Origin: an uncultured Bartonella sp.
GTDB lineage: Bacteria; Pseudomonadota; Alphaproteobacteria; Rhizobiales; Rhizobiaceae
Assembly (NCBI RefSeq): GCF_946479275.1
Contig: NZ_CAMLFE010000002.1
Span: forward strand, 222,482-286,481
Direction of reading: 5' to 3'
Length of the DNA: 64,000 bases
A program made the position numbers and the translations under genes. The notes beneath the pieces were generated by a model that was given only the letters and a program-made list of their open reading frames with translations, did no database searches and was not told where the DNA came from. How positions within the stretch are numbered: position 1 is the first letter of the stretch; the number at the start of each line of letters is the position of its first letter. Positions 1-10,364 of this stretch are shown in pieces.

Positions 1-958
1 TGACGTCGACAGAGCGTTCAGTCATACGTTGTGCGAGTTCCTGAATAGTAATGGTTTCAGGAATTGTCACCTCGCGGGAAATCTTTTCACGCGGTTCCTG
101 CATCTGCGAGCGTTTGAATTTTTCCTGACGACGACGCATAGCAGCCATTGACCGGCCACGCGAATTTCCTTCCTCGTCAAGTGCACTATTCAGTGTCAGT
201 TTGCTGCGGCGGCGTTGTTCGCTACCTTTCACTGCTTTTGGAGCACGTACCTCGGATTTATTGCCACCGCCACGACGCGAGCGACGATCATCTTCATCAT
301 CATCAACAATATTGCGTTTTGCGACAGGAGCGGCTGCACGTTGTTTGGTAACGGGCGCAATATCAAGTTCAATCGGTCGGTTGGCGGCCTGCTTGTCGGT
401 TTTGGGACGATAGCCATCCTTGACCTTATGGACTTCGTGCTTTTTAACCTCAGGCTTATGCGCTTCAGTCTTTTCAGCCTCGTGGGCAGCACGGGCTTTT
501 GCATCCTCTTCCGCCTGCTTGCGTAAAAGTTCTTCGCGCTCTTTAGCGCGTTTTGCTTCTTCAGCCTGACGACGCTTGGCTTCTTCCTGAGCACGTTTAT
601 GCTCTTCTTCCTCGAGCTTATGTTGTTCTTCGGCGTGAAGACGGGCTTCTTCCAGTGCACGCATGCGTGCTTCCATTTCAGCCGAGGAAAGATTGCTGTG
701 CGGGTGCTGCAAGGAAACTTTGGGGGCCGTTTCTGTACGTGGCTTTGCTGTCTGAGCGACACGCGGCTTGGTCACAACGTGTTTGACTTCGACCTTTTCA
801 TCCGGACGGGTAATCTTGCGCCGTTTCGTTTCGACAACGACCGCCTTTGTACGTCCGTGACTGAAATTCTGCTTGACTGTACTGGTTTCAACCCCGGGGC
901 GTTTTAAGGTCAGCGTTTTCTTGGCTGTTTTCTTGTCGTTATTGTTTTCCGTCATTCC
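1..958 (-). CDS. infB: Translation initiation factor IF-2, N-terminal part (gene runs off the left edge)
   Basis: Not in the ORF track because it is open at the window edge. My minus-strand translation from the ATG at 956-958 gives [47 protein letters not shown]..., a typical alphaproteobacterial IF-2 N-terminus. It continues into a Lys/Glu/Ala-rich region. A GAAGGAAAC Shine-Dalgarno lies just upstream. Synteny nusA-ylxR-infB fits. Confidence 0.9.
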
Positions 959-994
959 GTTTCCTTCACGGCTTCTACCGTCTTCTTTTCCGGC

Positions 995-1588
995 CTAGTG
1001 CTTCCCGTCGCGGTAGGCAACAAGTCTTTGCACTGTTTTGATGAATCCTTGTGCAAGCTTCAAATTCAATAATGCAGCATGTACCACAGGATTATCACCA
1101 AAAGCCACACCCATTTCATCACTGTTGAATAAAGTTACAACCGGAATGTCTTGCTTATCCGGTCGCCTGACCGAGTAAATTGCCTGTTCAATCTTGCGTT
1201 TACCATCAAAAGCAGCTTCTTTCGAATGTAAAACAAGACATGCTTCACCTGAACGTATTGCCTGTTCAACTTTGGTTGCACCGGTGACAACAGCACCTGC
1301 CTTTCGAGCCAGAGCAAGACGACCGAGTGCCGCTTTGACCAAAAGTTTGTCCACAAGTTCGACAAGCCCTTGATCCACGATAATATCAGTCTTCAGGCTA
1401 TGTGTAAAAGCCTTGCGTTTTATTGCTTCTTCAAGAACAGATTTCGAGGCGGAAATCCAGGCTCCCCGCCCTGGCAAATCGGCTTTGATATCAGGCACAA
1501 GATGACCGTCAGGTCCGGCAACAAAGCGGATAAGCTCTTGCGCCTCACCACTTTTTCTTGTCAGGATGCATGTACGGTCATTCATCAA
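995..1588 (-). CDS. YlxR/DUF448-type RNA-binding protein with L7Ae-like C-terminal half
   Basis: 197-aa ORF. The N-terminus RTCILTRKSGEAQELIRFVAGPDGHLVPDIKADLPGRGAW matches the YlxR/DUF448 signature. It sits between nusA and infB, as in most bacteria. Confidence 0.8.
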   Translation of the reverse strand: MMNDRTCILTRKSGEAQELIRFVAGPDGHLVPDIKADLPGRGAWISASKSVLEEAIKRKAFTHSLKTDIIVDQGLVELVDKLLVKAALGRLALARKAGAVVTGATKVEQAIRSGEACLVLHSKEAAFDGKRKIEQAIYSVRRPDKQDIPVVTLFNSDEMGVAFGDNPVVHAALLNLKLAQGFIKTVQRLVAYRDGKH

Positions 1589-1602
1589 TCAGTCCATCTT
1601 TC

Positions 1603-3255
1603 CTATTCAGCCGGTGTTTCTGTTTCAGCCGTTTTTGTACCATCTTCAGGCTTTGCTGCTTGTGTATTTTCCTCAGCCTCATCGTTCTCTTCCGGCTTAT
1701 GAAGATCTTCTTCTGTCATCCAACCGGCTTTCAAACGGGCTGCGACAACCATTGCTTCGGCATCGGCACGGCTTATATCGAACGGCGTAAGGACACCTGC
1801 AAAATTTTGTGTCTCGCCATCCTTGCGTTCACGCCAACCGGCTAGATCATCAACTGCATAACCTGCAAAATCCTCGATCGTTTTGACTCCATCCTCGCCA
1901 ACGGCAACCATCATCGCTGTTGTCATTCCCGGCAGCTCGCGTAATTCGTCGGAAACACCAAGTTTCTTACGTTTCTTGTCGAGTTCGGCTTCCTGCTTGT
2001 CGATATAGTCTTTTGCACGTTGCTGGATTTCAGAAGCGGTTTCTTCGTCAAACCCTTCAATGGAGCTGATTTCATCCGGATCGACATAGGCAATTTCTTC
2101 AATAGAAGCGAAGCCTTCGGAAGCCAGGACCTGTGCAACCATCTCGTCAACATCCAAAGCTTCCATGAACAATTTGCTACGTTTTGCAAACTCTTTCTGC
2201 CGATTTTCGGATTCTTCCTGTTCTGTAAGGATATCGATATCCCAGCCTGTCAATTGTGAAGCAAGACGGACATTTTGACCACGCCGTCCGATTGCAAGGC
2301 TAAGCTGGTCATCAGGCACAACAACTTCGATACGTTCTGCATCTTCATCAAGAACAACTTTGGCTACTTCTGCCGGTTGCAAAGCGTTAACGATAAATGT
2401 CGCTGCATCAGGAGACCACGGAATAATATCGATCTTCTCGCCTTGAAGTTCGTTGACAACAGCCTGAACGCGGCTACCCCGCATACCAACGCATGCGCCA
2501 ACCGGATCAATCGAGCCATCACGCGAAACTACGGCAATCTTTGCACGTGAACCAGGATCGCGGGCAACCGACTTGATTTCGATAATGCCGTCATAAATTT
2601 CCGGAACTTCCATAGTGAAAAGCTTGGCCATAAATTGCGGATGGGTACGCGAAAGAAAAATCTGCGGCCCGCGTTGTTCGCGCCGGACATCATAGACATA
2701 AGCACGAATACGATCGCCATAGCGGAACGACTCACGCGGAATGAGTTCGTCACGACGAACAATTGCTTCACCACGTCCCAGATCGACAATGACATTGCCA
2801 TATTCTACGCGTTTGACAGTGCCGGAAACAATTTCGCCAACTTTGTCCTTATATTCTTCATATTGGTGATCGCGCTCGGCCTCGCGCACTTTCTGGACAA
2901 TGACCTGCTTGGCCGATTGGGCAGCAATGCGCCCGAACTCCATTGGCGGCAGAGGATCCGACAAGAAATCGCCTATTTCAGCATCAGCTTTGCGTTTTCT
3001 TGCGTCTTCAAGAGAAATCTGCGTTGCATAATCGTCAACAGTGTCGACAACTTCCAGCAAACGCTGCAACTTGATTTCGCCGGTTTTGGAATTGATATCG
3101 GCACGGATATTGGTTTCCTGACCATAGCGTGACCGCGCAGCTTTCTGGATGGCATCGGCCATTGCAGAAATGACAATTTCACGGTCAATCGACTTTTCGC
3201 GGGCAACGGCATCTGCAATTTGCAGAAGTTCAAGCCTATTAGCGCTTACAGCCAT
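1603..3255 (-). CDS. nusA: Transcription termination/antitermination factor NusA
   Basis: 550-aa ORF with N-terminal, S1 and KH domains and a C-terminal acidic repeat region. Motifs include LEVVDTVDD, GPQIFLSRTHP, GACVGMRGSRVQ and AIGRRGQNVRLASQLTGW. Confidence 0.97.
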   Translation of the reverse strand: MAVSANRLELLQIADAVAREKSIDREIVISAMADAIQKAARSRYGQETNIRADINSKTGEIKLQRLLEVVDTVDDYATQISLEDARKRKADAEIGDFLSDPLPPMEFGRIAAQSAKQVIVQKVREAERDHQYEEYKDKVGEIVSGTVKRVEYGNVIVDLGRGEAIVRRDELIPRESFRYGDRIRAYVYDVRREQRGPQIFLSRTHPQFMAKLFTMEVPEIYDGIIEIKSVARDPGSRAKIAVVSRDGSIDPVGACVGMRGSRVQAVVNELQGEKIDIIPWSPDAATFIVNALQPAEVAKVVLDEDAERIEVVVPDDQLSLAIGRRGQNVRLASQLTGWDIDILTEQEESENRQKEFAKRSKLFMEALDVDEMVAQVLASEGFASIEEIAYVDPDEISSIEGFDEETASEIQQRAKDYIDKQEAELDKKRKKLGVSDELRELPGMTTAMMVAVGEDGVKTIEDFAGYAVDDLAGWRERKDGETQNFAGVLTPFDISRADAEAMVVAARLKAGWMTEEDLHKPEENDEAEENTQAAKPEDGTKTAETETPAE

Positions 3256-3297
3256 TGATTCTCTCCTTCTTTGTGCCGCTTCACGGCATCGACTAAA

Positions 3298-3990
3298 TTA
3301 TTTCTTTTCCGGCTTGGACTTTTTTCGACTGTCCCCGCCTTTCAAACTCTTTTGTGCCTTGCCCGAATTCTCCGGTTTCTTAGAACCGCTATCGGGTCCA
3401 AGATCATCATCCGGAATGAGCTGCTGACGCAACGCTTTGTCTTTTGCCAGTGCATCACGGATAAGATCATCGGTCAAAACAAGATGTGCATCAGCTATCT
3501 CGCTGAATGGAACTCGCACAGCCAAAGCTTCACCATAGGCTGCCTTGTCTGTATTAAGAACAAAACCATCCCCATCGACATCGCTGATTGTCCCGCGAAA
3601 TTTCTTTCGCCCATCTATCATTCCGTTTATTTCTATTTTTGCAATATGGCCTTGCCAACGCGAAAAATCGGATTTTCTGACCAGCGGACGATCAATTCCG
3701 GGCGAAGAAATTTCCAGATGGTATTTTCGCTCGATGATATCTTCAACATCAAGAATAGGAGAGACGACACCACTGACTTCCTCGCAATCCTTGATTGTCA
3801 TTGTACCATCGCCACGTTCGGCCATAATTTGCAACGTAAGCCCATTAAGACCGGATAAGCGGACACGAACAATCCGGTAGCCAAGAGGTTTCAACACCGG
3901 AGCAACAATTGCAACGACACGTGCTTCAACGCCTTTTTCTTCAAAAAGACGTGGTTCATCCAAATCAATTGCTTGTCCGCTCTCGCTCAT
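3298..3990 (-). CDS. rimP: Ribosome maturation factor RimP, with Lys-rich C-terminal tail
   Basis: The ORF-track version (3298..4032) begins at a TTG that overlaps a terminator hairpin. The first ATG at 3988-3990 gives [45 protein letters not shown], which is RimP-like. It lies immediately upstream of nusA. Confidence 0.88.
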   Translation of the reverse strand: MSESGQAIDLDEPRLFEEKGVEARVVAIVAPVLKPLGYRIVRVRLSGLNGLTLQIMAERGDGTMTIKDCEEVSGVVSPILDVEDIIERKYHLEISSPGIDRPLVRKSDFSRWQGHIAKIEINGMIDGRKKFRGTISDVDGDGFVLNTDKAAYGEALAVRVPFSEIADAHLVLTDDLIRDALAKDKALRQQLIPDDDLGPDSGSKKPENSGKAQKSLKGGDSRKKSKPEKK

Positions 3991-4028
3991 ACCCAACTTT
4001 TCCAAATATAAATCAAACCATTCCGGTA

Positions 4029-4061
4029 ACAAAAAAGAGCGGGCTCGGAAAACCCACTCTT
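4029..4061 (-). terminator. Intrinsic terminator hairpin in the trmB/rimP spacer
   Basis: The minus-strand RNA reads AAGAGUGGG-UUUUCCGAG-CCCGCUCUU followed by UUUUG. That is a 9-bp stem with one G-U pair, then a run of six U. Confidence 0.55.
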
Positions 4062-4086
4062 CATCAAATGATCAAGAATTTTCTGT

Positions 4087-4115
4087 AATATACACCTGAT
4101 GAATTTTGTTTTCAA
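4087..4115 (-). promoter_or_regulatory. Sigma70-like promoter candidate for rimP-nusA-infB
   Basis: The minus strand reads TTGAAA (4110-4115), exactly 17 nt, then TATATT (4087-4092). It lies upstream of the hairpin and of the rimP ATG. Confidence 0.3.
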
Positions 4116-4188
4116 GCAGAACATTTCGAATGTTTAAAACTGTTCTTTGGGCAATATTTCCGCCCGATATTTTTTGGGGGGTGTGCTG

Positions 4189-4908
4189 CTATCTTCTGAC
4201 AAATGTGAGATAAGCGGGTGTGCGCCCTTCCCGCAATGCTTTTTCTTCATAGCGCGTTCCCGGCCAGGCTTCAAAAGGCATTTTCCAATCTGCCGGTCCA
4301 TTGGCTGCCCAGCTAAAATCCGGATGATGTGCACAGTTAAAAAGCGTCCAGTTCACATAAGTATCGATATCGGAAGCAAAACGGAATTTGGCACCGGATT
4401 TCAAAACACGCGCAAAACGATCAAGATTCTTCATATTCACAAAACGGCGTTTCCAGTGTTTCTTCTTCGGCCACGGGTCAGGATAGAAGAGATCTATTCC
4501 GGCAATTGATGATGGCGGCAACCAGTCGAGCAACCGCGTAGCATCATCATCATAAAGCCGTATATGCTTCAATCTTTCTTGATGGTCTTCCAAAGCACCG
4601 AGCATTTTGGCCATTCCGTTAATAAATGGCTCGACACCGATAAAACCGGTTTGAGGAAATCGATCCATTTCATGGGCGAGATGTTCGCCGCCGCCAAAAC
4701 CGATTTCAATACGTATATCGTCGAAACGATCTTTAACGTCGCCGGAATTATTGAATAAGTCGGCAAGCCTTTGAGGTGCAGGCTTTGACAAATCCAATTC
4801 AAGAACGGGAAGCAATGTTTCTTCGCGTTTTATTTGGGCGGCGCGCAAGGCCTTGCCCCGACGCCGTCCAAAGAAAGCCTCGCTTGCCCGTTCTTTATGT
4901 CCGTCCAT
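4189..4908 (-). CDS. trmB: tRNA (guanine46-N7)-methyltransferase
   Basis: 239-aa ORF with the TrmB signature [15 protein letters not shown]...GVEPF...[15 protein letters not shown]. Its start overlaps the metK stop by 1 nt. Confidence 0.93.
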   Translation of the reverse strand: MDGHKERASEAFFGRRRGKALRAAQIKREETLLPVLELDLSKPAPQRLADLFNNSGDVKDRFDDIRIEIGFGGGEHLAHEMDRFPQTGFIGVEPFINGMAKMLGALEDHQERLKHIRLYDDDATRLLDWLPPSSIAGIDLFYPDPWPKKKHWKRRFVNMKNLDRFARVLKSGAKFRFASDIDTYVNWTLFNCAHHPDFSWAANGPADWKMPFEAWPGTRYEEKALREGRTPAYLTFVRR

Positions 4909-6176
4909 TACGCCGCCTTAATAGCCTCTTTCAGCGCTTTGACAAGATTTGTCCGCTCCCACGAGAACGAACCATCCCGCCCCGGTTTACGACCGAAATG
5001 TCCATAAGCAGATGTTTTTGCGTAAATTGCTTTGTTAAGCTCAAGATGCTTGCGGATACCTGATGGTGACAAATCCATGACTTTGCGGATTGCAGCTTCT
5101 ACGACACCTTCATCAACCTTGCCGGTTCCATGCAGATTGACATAGATCGAAAGAGGCTGTGCGACGCCGATTGCATAAGAAAGCTGGATTGTGCAGCGAT
5201 CGGCTAGTCCTGCGGCAACGACGTTCTTGGCAAGGTAACGCGCAGCATAAGCTGCCGAACGGTCAACTTTCGTGGTGTCTTTACCAGAAAATGCACCGCC
5301 ACCATGAGGAGCAGCACCACCATAAGTATCAACAATGATTTTACGCCCCGTAAGACCGGCATCTCCATCCGGACCACCAATAACGAATTTTCCCGTCGGA
5401 TTGATATACCAATTACAGTTGTCGGCAATTTTTATATCGCTCAATGCTTGACGTATATATGGTTCCACAACCGATCGTACCTTCTTTGAATCCCATGTCG
5501 GATCAATATGTTGGGTGGAAAGAACAATGGAGACCACTTCTACCGGTTTGTCGTTTTCATAACGAACAGTCACCTGACTTTTTGCATCCGGTCCAAGCTT
5601 GCTTGCTTCGCCTTCATCAAGATGGCGGGCAATCGACAATGTTTCGAGAATTTTATGGGCATAGTAAATTGGTGCCGGCATCAAATCCGGTGTTTCCCTG
5701 CAGGCATAGCCGAACATAATGCCCTGATCACCTGCACCTTCTTCTCCCTGACGGTCAGAAGCGTTATCGACGCCTTGGGCAATATCTGCAGATTGGGAAT
5801 GCAACAAAACATCAATCTTCACTGTTTTCCAGTGAAAACCTTCCTGTTCGTAACCGATTGCGCGAATTGCACGACGGGCAGCCGAACGGAAGCGTGACGG
5901 GTTGATAACCGGATCTCCCTTCTTGTCATGGACAAGCTTGCCATTTTTATCTTTTTTCAAAAGTGTATCAGGCACACGGACTTCACCGGCAATAATAACA
6001 CGATTTGTGGTTGCCAGAGTTTCACAGGCAACACGGACAGACCATGGATCAACACCCGATTTGGATGCTTCCTTATAGATCATATCGACGATTTCATCCG
6101 AAATACGGTCACAAACTTTATCGGGATGACCTTCCGATACCGATTCACTGGTAAAAAGATAATTCTGATGAGACAC
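4908..6176 (-). CDS. metK: S-adenosylmethionine synthetase
   Basis: MetK motifs are present: [49 protein letters not shown] and GGGAFSGKD. The ORF-track start (6257) adds 27 non-conserved residues. A GTG at 6174-6176 preceded by GAGGGG gives the canonical (M)[13 protein letters not shown]-terminus. Confidence 0.95.
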   Translation of the reverse strand: MSHQNYLFTSESVSEGHPDKVCDRISDEIVDMIYKEASKSGVDPWSVRVACETLATTNRVIIAGEVRVPDTLLKKDKNGKLVHDKKGDPVINPSRFRSAARRAIRAIGYEQEGFHWKTVKIDVLLHSQSADIAQGVDNASDRQGEEGAGDQGIMFGYACRETPDLMPAPIYYAHKILETLSIARHLDEGEASKLGPDAKSQVTVRYENDKPVEVVSIVLSTQHIDPTWDSKKVRSVVEPYIRQALSDIKIADNCNWYINPTGKFVIGGPDGDAGLTGRKIIVDTYGGAAPHGGGAFSGKDTTKVDRSAAYAARYLAKNVVAAGLADRCTIQLSYAIGVAQPLSIYVNLHGTGKVDEGVVEAAIRKVMDLSPSGIRKHLELNKAIYAKTSAYGHFGRKPGRDGSFSWERTNLVKALKEAIKAA

Positions 6177-6514
6177 GGGAAACCCCTCTAGAAAGACGAC
6201 GTTTGCATTCTTTCCGGATACTCCGGAACGAAAAACGACAATTGCCTTATTTGCCAAGCTTGTCGAATTGCGTCAATGCCGTTTTAACGTGAACCATGAA
6301 ATAAATGTGATATTTGTCATTCAAATAGCAATTTTGATATACGAGCTATCAATCAAGTCTGCTCGAAAAATAGTGCGGCGACAAAAGCACAGAAATTTCT
6401 TTTAAAAAAATCAATAAATTTCAAATTGGATTTTAAATAATTAATCGGAAAATACCGTTTGACTTTTTCCCAGCCTCTTCAATGAAGAACGTACCTACAA
6501 GAAGAAGAACGCAT

Positions 6515-6928
6515 CTACAAGGAATTCGATTTTTCGTCTTCAGAAAGTGCCTTTGCCAAGTCGATAAGTTTGCGTCGGACTTTCGGATCCTTGATATTGG
6601 TAAAAGCACGCAGAAGCTGAATTCCCTCATTACTCGAACAAAAATCCATGAAGTTATTATCTCCCTCATGAAAACCTTCCGACGTACGGGTGCACGGTGC
6701 TTCCTCGAAAAAATAGGATACCGGCACATCAAGAATTTCGGAGATCGCCTGAAGGCGGCTGGCACCGACACGATTGGTGCCTTTTTCATATTTTTGTATC
6801 TGCTGGAAGGTAATGCCGAGCTGCTCCCCCAATTTTTCCTGACTGAGCCCAAGCATATTTCGCCGTAGTCTGATGCGGCTTCCCACATAAACATCAGTCG
6901 GGGCGGGTATTTTTTTGGGTGCGGACAT
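6515..6928 (-). CDS. XRE-family helix-turn-helix transcriptional regulator
   Basis: 137-aa ORF with an HTH_3-like segment VGSRIRLRRNMLGLSQEKLGEQLGITFQQIQKYEKGTNRV. Confidence 0.8.
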   Translation of the reverse strand: MSAPKKIPAPTDVYVGSRIRLRRNMLGLSQEKLGEQLGITFQQIQKYEKGTNRVGASRLQAISEILDVPVSYFFEEAPCTRTSEGFHEGDNNFMDFCSSNEGIQLLRAFTNIKDPKVRRKLIDLAKALSEDEKSNSL

Positions 6929-7059
6929 GATCTAACTTTCTCGCGTCAATACTTATCCATCTTCATAAGCCTGAACCAATGTAGATGATTTTGTTATTTA
7001 GGGGTTTTAGTATCGGTCCCCCGCTGGAACCAATTTTCATGCCCATAACACCCCATTGA

Positions 7060-8670
7060 TTAGCACTTGTCAATCGAGTGTTCCTTTTTTACGAAACCAA
7101 ACATTAAACTTAATATCAGTATAACAAAAAATATCGTGAAAGCTTGAATAAATTTTGTTTTCATGTTCCATATCGGAACAATGGAAGAGGGTAATGGTAC
7201 ATCAATTAAACCGATTTGATCAAGATCCAAACTCCGTACGATTCGCCCATAGGGGTCAACGACTGCCGAAATTCCATTATTGCCTGCACGTATAAGTGGA
7301 ATTCCCATTTCAACAGCACGTAAACGCGCCTGATCGAAATGCTGGTATGGTCCCGGTGTGACACCAAACCATCCGTCATTGGTAACGTTTAATATCGCTT
7401 GAGGTTTTTCACCTTCATAGTCCATACCATCAGGAAAAATCACCTCATAGCAAATCATCGGTAGAAAGACAAAACCATCCGGCATCTTCACAGTTTTTCG
7501 TATCGGCGTGCTGCTATACCCGCCTGCCATTACAGCCAATGCATGAAGGCCTATTTTGTCAAAAAAACTCTGGAAGGGCAGATATTCACCAAACGGCACC
7601 AAGTGCACCTTGTCCGAAGACGACAGGACATTGCCATTACGATCAATTGTTTCAATTGTATTGAAATATTTATTGTTTTCATCATTTGGTGCGCCGCTGC
7701 TTCTGACTGCACCGACAATAGCCCATTGATGCGGTTTGAGAATAGAAGCGATGCGCATTTTTGCTTCCGGAACATAATCGAGTATGTAGGGCACTGCGGT
7801 TTCTGGCCAGACAATATAGGCGGGTTCATGCGCACCTTTTGTAAGCGGTTTTTCGCTCAGTCGCATATGTGCGTCGAACATTGCATAGCGAACCTGATTG
7901 TCAAGTTTCTCGTCCTGTTTAATAGACGGCTGTACGAGTCTCACCCACTTATCTGTATTGTCATAATCATTGATCGAAGGTGCTTCATAAAGCCGGATAG
8001 CACCGAACCCCGTATGCGCACCAAAAAGAATAACGCCGATTGTTAAGGCAAGCCACTGGTGGTTTTTGTCAAAAAAAGTGGCTGGTAGTGAATAAAGAAG
8101 TACAGCGAGCGCATTCATTCCGTAAAGACCAACCACTGCGTCGGACTGCATAAAAAGCGGCGTCGGCATAATTGTGTAGCCGATTGCATTCCAGGGAAAG
8201 CCGGTAAACAAAGTGGAACGCAAATATTCGGCAATACCGAGAGCAAACGCCAAAGCGAACAGACGGGATAGCCCCTTTTTCCAAAACAGAATAACAAGCC
8301 CGCCTGCAAGCCCCCAGTAAAGCGCCAGATAAAAGGGGAGTCCGAAAATTGCAAAAGGAATAGCCCATGCAAAGCTGATCGGGTCTACAAGCATGGCACT
8401 TGCAAGCCACCAGAGTCCGAAAACGAAATAGCCGAAGCCAAAACTGAAACAAATTAGAAAGCCGAGCTTGAAGCGTTGCTTCATGCCGAACGCGACATCG
8501 ACTTTATCGAGCAACAAAACCAGAACGGGGAAAGTTACAAAAGCCAGAGGGAAGAAATAAAAAGGCGCAGTTGCAAGAGCTGTTATTCCACCACAGATAA
8601 AGCTTACGACCTGTTGCTTCAGACCGTTAAGCTTTCCGATATAAGTGGTTGCTCCTGCCAAAATCTGCAT
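7060..8670 (-). CDS. lnt: Apolipoprotein N-acyltransferase
   Basis: 536-aa ORF with a multi-TM N-terminal half and a C-terminal nitrilase-like domain (WPETAVP, LVPFGEYLP, ICYEVIF). It follows corC in the conserved miaB-phoH-ybeY-corC-lnt order. Confidence 0.93.
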   Translation of the reverse strand: MQILAGATTYIGKLNGLKQQVVSFICGGITALATAPFYFFPLAFVTFPVLVLLLDKVDVAFGMKQRFKLGFLICFSFGFGYFVFGLWWLASAMLVDPISFAWAIPFAIFGLPFYLALYWGLAGGLVILFWKKGLSRLFALAFALGIAEYLRSTLFTGFPWNAIGYTIMPTPLFMQSDAVVGLYGMNALAVLLYSLPATFFDKNHQWLALTIGVILFGAHTGFGAIRLYEAPSINDYDNTDKWVRLVQPSIKQDEKLDNQVRYAMFDAHMRLSEKPLTKGAHEPAYIVWPETAVPYILDYVPEAKMRIASILKPHQWAIVGAVRSSGAPNDENNKYFNTIETIDRNGNVLSSSDKVHLVPFGEYLPFQSFFDKIGLHALAVMAGGYSSTPIRKTVKMPDGFVFLPMICYEVIFPDGMDYEGEKPQAILNVTNDGWFGVTPGPYQHFDQARLRAVEMGIPLIRAGNNGISAVVDPYGRIVRSLDLDQIGLIDVPLPSSIVPIWNMKTKFIQAFTIFFVILILSLMFGFVKKEHSIDKC

Positions 8671-8763
8671 GTCCGGTCTTCCCCCACTTGTCTTTTACCT
8701 CTGGAATTTCAACATCCGACAAAAAGATTGATCACGACAGGAAAAAAATGCGAGACACCCGTT

Positions 8764-9774
8764 TTATAATTCGGACGGGGTGTTTTCTTTTTCCTGCTTT
8801 GGATGGTTCTGTAAAGGTTGAATTCTGATCCGTTTGATGCGGCGCTTATCGGCTTCCAGAATACGGAACTGGTAGCCGGGAACTGCTTCGACAACTTCAC
8901 CTTTTGCCGGTATCCGATCCAATGTTGAAACAATAAGTCCGCCGATTGTATCGACGTCCTCACCATGTTCGCCTACCTTGAAATTGGGACCCAGCGCTTT
9001 TTCCACCTCATCAAGATCGGCACTAGCATCAACAAGCCACCTGTTATCCGCCTCTTTGATAATGGACATGTCGACATCATCGTGCTCGTCTTCGATATCA
9101 CCGACAACAAGTTCGACAATATCTTCCATTGAAGCAAGGCCATCCGTTCCGCCATATTCGTCAATAATCAGCGCCATCTGGGTTCGGGTTGCCTGCATAC
9201 GTGTCAAAAGTTGCCCTGCCAACATCGAGCCGGGAACAAAAAGGACAGTGCGTATCAAATCGAGATCGCCGACAGGTTGTGACAAATCCACTTTGGAAAA
9301 ATCAAGGCACCCCTCTTTTTCACCACTTTGGGCTTTGTGCGTAATGTAATTCAAAACATCACGAATATGCAGCATGCCGCGCGGATCATCGAGACTTTCC
9401 GAATAGACCGGCATACGTGAATGACCGGATTTTTCGAATTCTATCAATGTTTCAGCCAGAGTCGTTGTAATATCCAGCGCTTCGATTTCCGAGCGCGGTA
9501 TCATCACGTCTTCTACACGGGTTTCCCGAAGGCGCAAAATATTGTTCAACATGAGACGCTCTTCCGGCGAAAACAGCGAATTTGCATCTCCCTGCCCATC
9601 AGAGAGGGCATCTGTCAGATCTTCTCGCAAAGTAGAATTATTGCGGGAACGCATAAAAGAAAAAAGATTGGCAAATAAAGACTTCTTTTCACTGCTTCGC
9701 GCTCGTGAAAAACTCTGCCCGGACGATGAACGATTAGACTCGTCTTCAATTGGATTATCTGTTTTTTCTGTCAT
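8764..9774 (-). CDS. corC: CBS-pair plus CorC/HlyC domain protein (HlyC/CorC family, TlyC-like)
   Basis: 336-aa ORF containing RVEDVMIPRSEI (start of the CBS pair), ALIIDEYGGTDGLASMEDIVE and a C-terminal transporter-associated domain. Its position between ybeY and lnt matches E. coli ybeX/corC. Confidence 0.85.
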   Translation of the reverse strand: MTEKTDNPIEDESNRSSSGQSFSRARSSEKKSLFANLFSFMRSRNNSTLREDLTDALSDGQGDANSLFSPEERLMLNNILRLRETRVEDVMIPRSEIEALDITTTLAETLIEFEKSGHSRMPVYSESLDDPRGMLHIRDVLNYITHKAQSGEKEGCLDFSKVDLSQPVGDLDLIRTVLFVPGSMLAGQLLTRMQATRTQMALIIDEYGGTDGLASMEDIVELVVGDIEDEHDDVDMSIIKEADNRWLVDASADLDEVEKALGPNFKVGEHGEDVDTIGGLIVSTLDRIPAKGEVVEAVPGYQFRILEADKRRIKRIRIQPLQNHPKQEKENTPSEL

Positions 9775-9890
9775 GACTTTTTAAAGTTAGAATATTCAAA
9801 AGTAAAATACTTCACCTTTTTGATACCGCATTAAAACATATATAATTCAATATATGTATAAAACGCCAATAGCAAGATTCATCTTGTTAC

Positions 9891-10364
9891 TCAATCATTA
9901 TAAGGATCGGAAATACCAAGAGAAGCGAGGATTTTTCTCTCGAGAGATTCCATTTGTTCTGCTTCATCATCGTTTTGATGATCATATCCTGTCAAATGAA
10001 GAAGCCCGTGGACAATAAGGTGGCTCAAATGGTCGTCAAAGCTTTTATTTTCTTCCTGTGCTTCATGTTGAACCGTTTCACGTGCAATAACAATATCACC
10101 GAGAATCGGACCCGGTCTTTGGCCTGGTTGAATAGGAAAAGCGGGAAATGACAAGACATTTGTAGCCTTGTCTATTTGGCGCCACTTCGCGTTTATCGTA
10201 CGGATATTTGCATCGTCGGTAAAAACCAGACTGAGCTCGCTGTCGACATCGTCGAATTCGAGGCCATGCAATGTGGCTTCAAGCACACGATCAACGAGCA
10301 TTCTCAAACTGTCTTCGCTTTGCCAGCCATCAGCATTTATTGCAATGTCATAACGCACTGTCAT
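9891..10364 (-). CDS. ybeY: rRNA maturation endoribonuclease YbeY
   Basis: 157-aa ORF with the zinc motif HLIVHGLLHLTGYDH. It overlaps the phoH stop by 4 nt. Confidence 0.95.
   Translation of the reverse strand: MTVRYDIAINADGWQSEDSLRMLVDRVLEATLHGLEFDDVDSELSLVFTDDANIRTINAKWRQIDKATNVLSFPAFPIQPGQRPGPILGDIVIARETVQHEAQEENKSFDDHLSHLIVHGLLHLTGYDHQNDDEAEQMESLERKILASLGISDPYND

Noticed and set aside
229-762. 177-aa minus-strand ORF and several plus-strand ORFs in the first 900 nt.
   Set aside because: They are alternative frames of the infB N-terminal region. The true frame, starting at 958, gives the recognisable IF-2 N-terminus and runs off the window edge, which is why it is missing from the ORF track.
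6177-6514. Possible SAM-responsive riboswitch (SAM-II-like) in the metK leader.
   Set aside because: Two hairpins are visible on the minus strand (CGACAA...TTGTCG and TTCCGGA-GTA-TCCGGAA). I could not match the SAM-II pseudoknot consensus from memory. A covariance-model scan (Rfam SAM-II/SAM-V) would be needed.
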